NCBI GenBank assembly: GCA_905178155.1
Contig: CAJINV010000008.1
Coordinates: forward strand, 3,555,292-3,619,291
From: Amoebophrya sp. A120
Taxonomy: Eukaryota > Protista > Dinoflagellata
Direction of reading: 5' to 3'
DNA: 64,000 nucleotides
Position numbers and translations under genes: made by a program. How positions within the stretch are numbered: position 1 is the stretch's first letter; every line of letters starts with the position of its first letter. A model generated the notes under the pieces. That model made no database searches. It saw only the letters and a list, made by a program, of their open reading frames with translations, and was not told the origin of the DNA. Shown in pieces: positions 23,601 to 31,901 of this stretch.

Positions 23601-26600
23601 GGGGCGCAACGGTGGTGCGAGGCGCAAAGACGTTGCTGTGTAGATTCTGCGCCAATCATTCTATTGCGATTCGGAACCATCTTCCAAAAAATACAAATCT
23701 CAGGTAGTCCCCCGCGGAGTCGATAGATTGTCGCTGCGAAGCCTGACGCGCTTACGGAAGCAGACTGCCGGTGGCGGAGTGGCACTGGGTCGCAGGGTCA
23801 TAGAAGATGGCATCCAGGTTCGACCAGTTCGTGGATAACTAACAGCACGACAGAACTTTCGCTCTGCCCACGGAAAGATCAGCAGCGGCGACACGACCGA
23901 GCACGACAACAAACTACGACCAGGCCAGATCACGGATTCGATGCTGCAACGAAACTAGCCTGATTCCACTAGTCTGATTCCATCCGTAAACCTGATTCCG
24001 ATACGCGGATTCGATACCTTAGCCTGATTCCGTTAGTCTGATTCCATAGATAAGTCTGATCCCGTAAATGCTTTAGTCTGATACCATCGACGACCGTTTC
24101 TGAACGCGCAGGACAAAGAGCTCCCGAACAAGCAGGTGGAGGCCATTTTTAGCAGCCGGAACGAGGCTCTCATGCTGTTTGCTCTACGGAACTGGAATGG
24201 GTTGCCCCGGACCCGTATCAAATGCAAAAGTGTCTGGGTCTGGGAGGTTGGAGCTTGTGACGCTAACTTTGGACTCTAAAAAAATCTGTATTGCATGATC
24301 AGCAAGAGGAGTCTAGTTTGTGCTACGCGGGGAGGGCATTTGTCATGCGGAATAGGCATCCGGAAGCCATTGAAAAATCAGTGATGCTAGGTCATGCATT
24401 ACAGACATCCTGGGTCATGCAAAATATGCATGACACTTCCGGCAACATTCCAGACCCAGACATTTTTGCATTTGATAACCCGCTACGACCTCCTGCAACT
24501 CGCGGACATGCAGAGCGATCCGCTCCTTGCCGCCTTGCGCGATCTATCAAATGCAAAAATGTCTGGGTCTGGAAAGTTGGAACTTGTGATGCTAACTTTG
24601 GACTCTAAAAAAATCTGCATGACCAGCAAGAGGAGCCACATTTGTGCTACGCGAGGAGGGCATTTGTCATGCGGAAACGGCATCAGGAAGCTTTCCAAAA
24701 ATCTGCGATGCTGGGTCATGCATTACAAGCATCATGGGTCATGCCAGACAAGCATGACAAGCCTTCCATTCTTCAAGACCCACACATTTTTACATTTGAT
24801 ACGATCCGCTCCACGAAGATATTAAACCCTCCGCTTTTCACGGAATCGTCGGAGAGGACTCCATACTCAAGAAGAACAGCTGGTTATTGACGACTCCGGC
24901 CGACGTGCAAGCCGTCGCGCCTCGGAGCTGCCCGCCGGCGGTGGGCGAGCACCTGGGAAAACCGGCGCTGGTCCGCCTGGGTAGTGCCGTCGATCAGGCC
25001 CGGCTCCTGCGGTACGTGCAGAAGTTCGCCAACGCAGGAGTAGACCTCCACCTCTCGAAGAAGGTGAAACCGTTCGAACCGCTGATCGTGGAAGATTTTC
25101 TGGAGCTGCTTACCAGCGTCACGTTGTATGCATTGCAAATATGTCTGGGTCTGGAAACTTGTAATGCTAAGTGACGTAGCATGAGGAGCCCACAATAAAT
25201 GATTGCCTAGCATGACAAGCTTCTGAGCTTCTAAGTGTTGCCTATTCGGCATGACAAACTCCGACTTCGCATCACAGAAAAAAAGGGTTTTTGGGTACCG
25301 TGCATGACAGACTTGAAAGTCCTGCTAGCCTAGCATGACAAACCTTGCTTTTTTCCAGACCCAGACATTTTTGCATTTGATATCACGGACGGAAACGGGA
25401 AAACCAATCTGGTGAAACACGAACCATTCCTGCTCAACCTGCTCGACCACTACCGGGTCAAACTGCCCGTGCACGTCTCCACAAAGGTGTTGGAGCAGTT
25501 CTACGAGACCGAGAAAGCCTATGGAACTGTCAGGATCGAAATCAAGAGAGTCGAAATAAGTAATTTGTGATGCATAAAAGCGAGGATACCAGTTGGACCC
25601 TCAGACTCAGTTTGTTTCCAGGTGGCGCGTGACGAATTTCGGGAGCACCAAGATCCAGTCTGTCGCGCTGTTTGCGCAAAGAAGACGGCTCCTGTCATGA
25701 AAACTCTGGCAGTCCATCGTCTTCCCCTAAACAGGCTTGCGATTGGTCTCATTTGCCTGCTCCCCAACACTGGCCTTACGTGCCCTACATTTTATGCATA
25801 CACAACTAACTAAACTTTTGGATTTTGTCGATTTTGATCCTGGCACTCCCATAAGGTTGACGCAGAGGCGGCTGCGCTCACCCTGCCTGCGGACGGTCCA
25901 GCACTTGACCAGGAGGCGGCCGGGGCTCGGAACCGGGTTATGGCGTTCTCAACTGTTACATTCTCAACTGTTACACGGATGCGTGATGCAAGAATGGCAA
26001 AAGTGAAAGGGGTCACCTTGCGGGTCTTGCATGACAGATCTGGCAAAGATTCCGAGCCTGTTTGGCTCTTCGAGAATTTGTCATGCGAAGCAGCTTGATC
26101 GTGTCGATTCTGATTGTGATTTTGCATTTACAAATCATGTAACAGTTGAGAATGTTAATGTAACAGTTGAGAACGCCATACGGGTGCTGGCCAGGTTTCT
26201 GTCTCTGCCGCGGCGCGATTTGACGACCCACAGTATCCTGAGTAAAAACGTACCCACACCATAGTCAAGATGGGGAATCGGCTAGACAAATCCACAAGTT
26301 TTGGCTGTTTTGCATGACAAATTTGGATTCGTAGTGTAGTGCTGTTTGAGCTAGCTAAGCAGCATCACAGATCTAGCATACCATGGTGATTGGAGCATGA
26401 CAAATTACAAAACACGACTAGAAAATGCTTCTCATGGGGCTCCGCATGAGAAACATTTTCAGCATGCAGATTTGCATTACAACTCTGGTGTGGGTACGTT
26501 TTTACTGAGGATACACACCGTGAAAAAGTTGTTGGAGGAAGCGGAACTGGAAATTGTCGAAGGTTGCATCGTATCAACTGTAAAAATGTCTGGGTCTGGA

Positions 26601-28591
26601 AGAATGCACGTTTGTCATGCTAAGTCTGAAGCATGCAAAAATCTGTGTTGCATGATTACCAAAAGTCGTCCAGTTTTGACCAAGTCGGGAGGGAGTTTCT
26701 CATGCAGGATAAGCATGAGAGAGATCGCGCAGAATCTGTAATGCTAGGCTCTGCATTCCAGACCTCATGGGTCATGGAAAAGCTGCATGACAAATCGCGC
26801 ACTCTTCCAGACCCAGACATTTTTACAGTTGATACATCGCTATCAACTCGAATGGTACGACAACTGCTACAGAGTACGACACTGCAGCTACTTCCGCTGC
26901 TGCTGCAGCGCAGGCGGGAGAAGTGGAACAAGTGGTAAAGGGGACCACGGACAAGAACAACTCCACGGCAACTTTTAGTACAACAACTCGCCGCAAGACG
27001 AGCAGCTGCAGCAGCCCCCGCACCGTGGCCAGTCTGTCGATCGCAAAAAACCCGTTCAAGCTCCGCATTCTGCGGGGTCTGTATACGCAGCCCGGCGCTT
27101 GGAACATCGAGCGCGACGTGACGATGAGGATCTGGAAACATGCCGGCATCGACGTGGACACGCCGCAGAGCCAGCTGGCGCTGGCAGCACTGAAACTGTT
27201 CGATGCCACCACCCAGATGCACCCCGACCACATCGACGCCATCCTCTCGACCAAGAACACCGACCTGATGTACCACCTGCTGGACACGTGGGACTTCCCC
27301 ATTTCGCACGACCAGTTCGACGAGCTGCTGAACTTCGATTGGTGCTTCGGCCTTCAGCCGTGCACAAAGCTGACATCATCTGCGTGCACAAAGTTGACAT
27401 CATCTGCGATGTCGGCTTCGTCCTCTGCCGTTGCAGTTTTCAGCCTGGATGCTGTCCCGGTGGGAGTTCTTCCCTCCCCGGTCGTGGGGAGTTGTACATC
27501 AGCACGGGCCGCCGGGGTAGCAGCTGCACTCGTCACAGGCGAAGAGCAGGGGCGGGGCAACAACGACGGCAGTACCAATAGTATGCCCACCGCGACGACG
27601 AGGAGCACCGGTGCGGCTGAAGAAGCGTGTTGCGGAACTACAACTTCGCCCCCCACTTACTACTACACCAACCGGGCAGGTGGCATCAAGGTGATTGCCA
27701 AACTGCTCACCAAGTGGCAACCCAACCTGACGGCGGAGCAGGCCGCGGGCCTGCGTCGCAGGTACGCGGATTCTCCGGTGTCCGACTTATCAAATGTAAA
27801 AGTGTCTGGGTCTGGAAGATTCTAGACTTGTAATGCTGTCTCTGGATTCCAGAAAAATTTGTATTGCATGACCAGCAAAAGGCCTCCAGTTTGTGCTACG
27901 TGGAGAGGGCATTTCTCATGCGGTAGAGGCATCACAAAGTCTTCTAAAAATCTGTGATGCTAGGGCATGCATCACAGACATCATGGGTAATTCAAAAGAT
28001 GCATGACAAACCTGGCAATCTTCCAGATGACCCAGACATTTTTGCATTTGATACGACTGGGTGACCAGCAAGTACGGTGGTGGTGGACTTTCCGCCAATG
28101 AGGTGATGTTACTGGAAGAAACTACCCAGGGCGGCCCAGAAGTAGACGGGCTGCAAAATGCATCCCGGCAACACCAGCAGCCGCAAGTAGAACCTCAGCC
28201 GCTCGGTGAAACGGAAAGTAAAAATCAGGGTGACGGAGGACAAGTCGACAATGAAGCTGCTGCTGCCGATATTGCGAGAAAAAAATCCCTCATCCCCTAT
28301 TCAGCACAGGATTTTTGAAGCGGGATTATAATTTGTGCTGTACTCATGATCTTCAAGAGGTACTACTGTCGGCACACGCAAAGCATCTGCGTAAAATTAT
28401 TGCCTTGTTATTTGCTGCAAATGCAATACATTAAATTTGCATCACTGAGTCATTCTCATTGCGATATGGGGAGGGGGATCATTTTCATTTCGATAGTTAA
28501 CGTCTGGACGGTTTCTTCATCTGGTGACGAGACCGGATCGCGGGAGGACTGGGACATGATTCCTGCTGACGGTAGTTCGTTGGATCCGTAA
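8679..28591 (+). CDS. Hypothetical protein (~1,060 aa, N-terminal hydrophobic segment) interrupted by the 14.3-kb transposon and 9 introners; exons 8679-9814, 24105-24215, 24483-24544, 24807-25126, 25388-25519, 25859-25938, 26186-26233, 26519-26571, 26840-27787, 28059-28269, 28501-28591
   Basis: Removing each insert plus one TSD gives one stop-free frame (3192 nt), e.g. LLKRFL-NAQDKELPNKQVEAIF; no family recognised. Confidence 0.7.
9815..9960 (+). repeat. Left TIR: tandem array of GAATCAGACTA-like units
   Basis: About 8-9 degenerate (G/A)GAATCA(G/A)ACTA units. Confidence 0.9.
11241..22369 (+). CDS. MULE/Mutator-type DDE transposase (~1,901 aa); exons 11241-11357, 11556-11784, 13869-13910, 14125-14919, 15198-17005, 17280-17313, 17563-18273, 19309-19852, 20117-20561, 20753-21347, 21599-21718, 22104-22369
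   Basis: Exons sum to 5706 nt with no stop. AT-hook KRGRPKK; C-x2-C..C..H finger (FCRNC..ECKYKL..KH); D1 HADTT; FLAWVVEEQTATY..; D2 AAWDG..ISQAL; DxxH (RDLPH); E in QTTERAW; SWIM CSC-x8-CKH. The 5' exons are less certain. Confidence 0.75.
11358..11550. mobile_element. Introner inside transposase gene (own family)
   Basis: TATGGGACTCTC..GGCTACACACTCAGC / GCTGAGTGTGTAGCC..GAGAACCCCATA; TSD eroded; element+5 nt removal is in frame. Confidence 0.75.
12453..12810. repeat. Cluster of GC-rich palindromic units (GAGGCGAAGTTCCGGCTTCCGCTGCGG core)
   Basis: 12453-12579 folds back with ~40-bp arms; partial copies at ~12612-12706 and ~12737-12810. Confidence 0.75.
13555..13647. repeat. Second palindromic unit of the 12453 family
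   Basis: TTGCTTGTCTTCCCCGCAGCGGAGGCCGCAACTTCGGCTCT ... AGAGGCGAAGTCCCGGCTTCCGCTGCGCGGAAG. Confidence 0.75.
13911..14119. mobile_element. Introner, degenerate family A
   Basis: TATGCGTGGCAGATGTGTCTATGTCTGG / CAGACCCAGACGCATTTGCATCGGATA; TSD CGCTC/CGCCG. Confidence 0.7.
14920..15192. mobile_element. Introner, family A, splitting the DDE domain
   Basis: TIR, exact TSD GATAC; joins ORF 14064 to ORF 15284 in frame. Confidence 0.9.
17006..17274. mobile_element. Introner, family A
   Basis: TIR, exact TSD CCGCC. Confidence 0.88.
17314..17557. mobile_element. Introner, degenerate family A
   Basis: 30-bp imperfect TIR, TSD lost (GGCCG/CTCGA), element+5 nt removal is in frame. Confidence 0.7.
18274..19303. 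mobile_element. Expanded introner, family C (1,030 bp)
   Basis: Left end TATCC..AAAAAGCCCTCCTCCCCATATCG, right end CGGGAAGGGGGGCGCTTCCTCACAATA, exact TSD GCAAC; joins ORF 17511 to the SWIM-side exon in frame. Confidence 0.75.
19853..20111. mobile_element. Introner, family A (stop-free, read through in the ORF track)
   Basis: TIR, TSD GTCTC/GCCTC. Confidence 0.85.
21348..21593. mobile_element. Introner, degenerate
   Basis: TATCCTATGGAAAAGCGCACCCATTACAGA / TCTGTAGAGTGGGCGCTTTCTCTTAGAGGATA; TSD lost; in-frame join. Confidence 0.7.
21859..22083. mobile_element. Degenerate family A element nested within GT-AG intron 21719-22103
   Basis: TATG..TGTGTCTGGTGTCGGAAA / TTTCCAGACCCAGCAGAC..GCATA. Confidence 0.6.
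23134..23421. mobile_element. Degenerate introner-like MITE in the 3' non-coding part of the transposon
   Basis: AAAAACGTCCCCGCCTCG / ATGGGGCGGGGACGTTGTTATCCAGGATA. Confidence 0.6.
23932..24095 (-). repeat. Right TIR: tandem array of TAG(T/C)CTGATTCC-like units
   Basis: Inverted counterpart of the 9815-9960 array. Confidence 0.9.
24216..24477. mobile_element. Introner, family A
   Basis: TIR, exact TSD ACCCG. Confidence 0.92.
24545..24801. mobile_element. Introner, family A
   Basis: TIR, exact TSD CGATC. Confidence 0.92.
25127..25382. mobile_element. Introner, family A
   Basis: TIR; TSD TCACG with the left copy offset by an extra TTG. Confidence 0.85.
25520..25853. mobile_element. Introner, family G (TIR TATGG...GTCAGGATCGAAATC..GTCGAAATAA)
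   Basis: TIR, TSD eroded (AAGCC/AGGTT), in-frame join. Confidence 0.8.
25939..26180. mobile_element. Introner, family F (TIR TATGGCGTTCTCAACTGTTACATT, internally duplicated)
   Basis: Near-perfect TIR, exact TSD CGGGT. Confidence 0.92.
26234..26513. mobile_element. Introner, family B
   Basis: TIR, TSD CACAG/CACAC. Confidence 0.9.
26572..26834. mobile_element. Introner, family A
   Basis: Perfect 31-bp TIR TATCAACTGTAAAAATGTCTGGGTCTGGAAG, exact TSD CATCG. Confidence 0.93.
27788..28053. mobile_element. Introner, family A
   Basis: TIR, exact TSD CGACT. Confidence 0.92.
28270..28495. mobile_element. Introner, degenerate family C
   Basis: AAAAATCCCTCATCCCCTAT / ATATGGGGAGGGGGATCATTTT..GATA; TSD eroded; in-frame join. 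Confidence 0.75.
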
Positions 28592-29913
28592 GGCGAACTC
28601 TCGTACGTCGGACCCTTTCTGAAGATGTGCCGTTCGCACTGTGGTGTGTACACAAGAATGAGATCGCGCTGCTTGTTGCACTCACTTGTTTTGCCCGCAA
28701 ACGTTTTGTAAGTTCTTCTACGAAGTAGGTATCAAGTTGTATGTACGTACCAATCTACAACTGCCGGATGAACAAGAATATAGACGAGCAGAAGTTTTGG
28801 AATATTGTACTTAGTTTTGGAAATTTCTGTCTTGAGAATACTACAACAAACCACGGGGCGGGATCTGCTTCTATTTTTCCCTCTCAATACAGCACTGCAC
28901 CAGCTAGACACAAAGAAAGATTTAAACTTCTTGCTGTCACTCACAGTATCGTCGATTTCGATCGTCTGCACGCAAGGGCAGGTTGTAGGTAATGTGTATT
29001 TTTGAAGATATTTTTGTTGGGCCGACGAGGTGGAAGGGGTACCTGCTGCTAGCGTTGAGGGGCGCTTTTGTCCATGCGAACCGCGATGAAAAATATAGAA
29101 ACCCAAGAGCAAGCTTTGCTACATAATTGTGTTGCGCAGATGGAAATCAGAATTGGTCTAGGACCGACTAACCAATCTGACAGGACTTCTTCACAGTCTC
29201 AGTTGTAGGATCTAACTTCTGGCCTCGGGTTTTCCCCTACAACTTCTAGGAGTGGAAAAAGAAATATGGTCTTTGTTCTACGAAACCGGTCGTACCTGGT
29301 GGGCCTTTATCTGTAAGCTTTTGGTTTTTTGTTGCCCTGGCGCGCGTTGGCCACAAGATCTGTAAATCCAAAATTCGTGGTGGCGCAATAGTACTCACTG
29401 CAGAAAGGTGATCTCGCCCCGAGAATGCAGAAGTGTGCACACGTTTGTAATGCAAACACGAGGAAATTCAGAAATCGAAATTCGAAAATGCAATGCTCTA
29501 CTGCTCCAGCAGAATTTGAAGCAAGGAAAAAAGAAAAAATCGATTGGTAGAATCTTGGATCAAATAAGTAGAAGGAAAAGCTCAGCAACAAGGTGAACAC
29601 GGCAACTTAATACTACATCATCAAATTCATTTTCAATTTTTTGAACAAAAATTATCATCATTTTCACGAGCAGGACTGCACAACATGAAGAGTTAGCGAG
29701 CCAAGACTCGAGAAAAATTACCGTTGATTTCATCCGGCAGCGAGCGTCGTGTCTCCTTTTTTGTCTGACCCTAACACACCAGTTGGACGAGAAGACTGAC
29801 TACACTTGACTGTTACACTAAGCAAAGAAATACCGTCTTTCACCGCCACAAAAAAAACTAGAAGCAAGAGACCTAACAGCATCAATTGAGCCTCGTCCGC
29901 AAAAGAGAAAAAA

Positions 29914-30820
29914 ATGGTGGCAAGCAGCGGTAACGCGCGTGGCGGGGGTCCGGTTTCGCAGCCGTCACCGGAGGTTACCGCGTTGGCGACCGAGTTCCGG
30001 GAGCTGCAGAAACAGCTGCAGACGAACTACGATTCGCGGATGAAGCTGCTGACTCAGCAGGAGGAGAACCAGACGGTGGCGAAGGAATTCGCGATCCTGG
30101 AGCAGGTATCCTGTGCAAAAGTATCGTACTCGTACTAATTGCAGATATGCATAAAAAATCCAACTTTCTACCTGAAATAGCACGACAAATTCATTGCATT
30201 TTTGTTCTTGGGAAAGTTTGTAATGCAATTCATACTAGGTAGTACGATTACTTTTGCAGTGCATAGTATGACGGTGTGGTCTACAAGTTGATCGGCCCCG
30301 TGCTGGTCCGCCAGAACCTGGAGGACGCGATATCAGAATGAAAAATCCCCCCTCTCCATATCAAAACGAAGTTTCTGATGCTGGATTTGCGTACACAAAT
30401 CTGATTTGTCTTGCTGGCGAGGACTGCGGACCCATGTTAAGCCTGAGGAGACAGGTTTTGGCCTTGGCGCTTCGCATGACAGACGTCTATGCTGTAGGTG
30501 CAACAGCATGACAAACCGCTTGTAGAATGCGGCGGAGCCTGTGGAATTGCCTTCATGTAACACAGAGACGATTTGTGGTCACAAATTAGCAACACAAATT
30601 TTCGAAAACGTGCCTTGTCAATATGGGGAGGGGGGATTTTTCCTTTTGATACGCGAAGGGGAACGTGGACAAGCGACTGAACTACATCAAGGAAGAGCTC
30701 GACCGAGCGGACAAGGTCATCGTGGAGCTGGAGAAGGACCTGGAGGGGAAAAAGGTCAAGCTTACGGACCTCATGTCCGCAGGAGGTGCCGCCGCACCCG
30801 CGACCCAGCCTGCCAAGTGA
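29914..30820 (+). CDS. PFDN6: Prefoldin subunit 6 (beta-type), 138 aa; exons 29914-30106, 30271-30330, 30657-30820
   Basis: EENQTVAKEFAILEQDGVVYKLIGPVLVRQNLEDAKGNVDKRLNYIKEE matches the PFDN6/Yke2 signature. Confidence 0.92.
30107..30265. mobile_element. Introner, family D (TIR TAT...TGCAAAAGTATCGTAC)
   Basis: TIR, TSD GCAGG/GTATG. Confidence 0.85.
30331..30651. mobile_element. Introner, family C (TIR TATC....GAAAAATCCCCCT..CCATAT)
   Basis: TIR, exact TSD CGCGA. Confidence 0.92.
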
Positions 30821-31901
30821 GAAACCCAAATCAAAATCAGCCTGCCAAAGTGGATGTATAAAATGGTTCTTCCATAATCTACTTATACCGCCTGGTACGC
30901 CGGTCATGTGGAGGGAGAATGAGCAAGAGCCAAGCGAAGCGAGCTCGTTTGATGATCAGGTTTTTTTCACAAAGACGACAAGATTTATTGCGACTACACA
31001 TGTACTACGACTACGTAACGCAGGCCTGACGGCAGGTGGCACAGAGACGCTTTATCACTCCACGTGCCTCAAGAGGAGCAGAAAGTAGAACCTGTTGTGA
31101 TGTCTGCCATGAACACATTCATAAAAACGGCAGAAGTGGTAGCAGCACACTCCAGTTGCAAATCTGGCGGAGGTCTAGTACCCAGCGTGCGCATGCCACG
31201 AATGTTCGAAATGTGTTAGGTTGGACGTGGGACGCCTCACACTGCGATCCCCTCGTATGAATGCAGCAAGGTTGGTAGAGGTGCAGCCACGGTGACTGAG
31301 TACCAAGCTGATTGGTTTCCAAGTAACATAAAAATGCTGCCGTTTGTATGCTTCGACCATAGCATTCTGGTCGGTCTCTGTGCGACGTTTGAGTGCTCAT
31401 TTTTTTTTCAATTTCTGCATATTACGAGCAAAAGATGAACAGTCGTAATCACGGCTATAAGAAGCACGCTAAGTTGTTAGTAATCGTACTCATGAAGAAC
31501 ATATTTTCTGCAAAAATTTTTCTACCGCGATCTTTGGGATGAGAAAATACTGGGTAGTGCGCAGCTTCGGTTTTTCGCCTAACAATAGATTGGGTTTGGT
31601 CGTTAGGTATTGAAATAGTACATCCAGAAAAAAATCTTGATGACACTCTCGTTTATTAAATTCTGTCATTGTCATCTCCCTCTCCTCGTCCTACTTTGAC
31701 TGCAGTGCCCGAATAAAGCTTCCTTTCTCTTGCTGCGCCTCAGCATTTTTTTCCTGCTAGTGCTAGATAAAACAACTAATTAGTTGGCTTTCTTCTCGGT
31801 GGCCGGTATTTACCCCGTGCTTGATTTCCTATTTCTTTCTTATCTTCCGATGTAGTTTTGGTTCGTCGCGATCAACCAAACAACGCAAAAACACATACAA
31901 A

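Larger units (their letters stand above)
9815..24095 (+). mobile_element. 14,281-bp autonomous-looking Mutator/Foldback-like DNA transposon
   Basis: Perfect 9-bp TSD GTTTCTGAA (9806-9814, 24096-24104); inverted termini GGTAAGAGAGGGAATCAGACTAA vs rc GGTCGTCGATGGTATCAGACTAA; repeat-array TIRs; internal MULE-type transposase. Confidence 0.88.

Noticed and set aside
22583-23933. Second gene in the transposon (262-aa ORF 22938-23726)
   Set aside because: It reads through a degenerate MITE and shows no coherent protein features; not supportable
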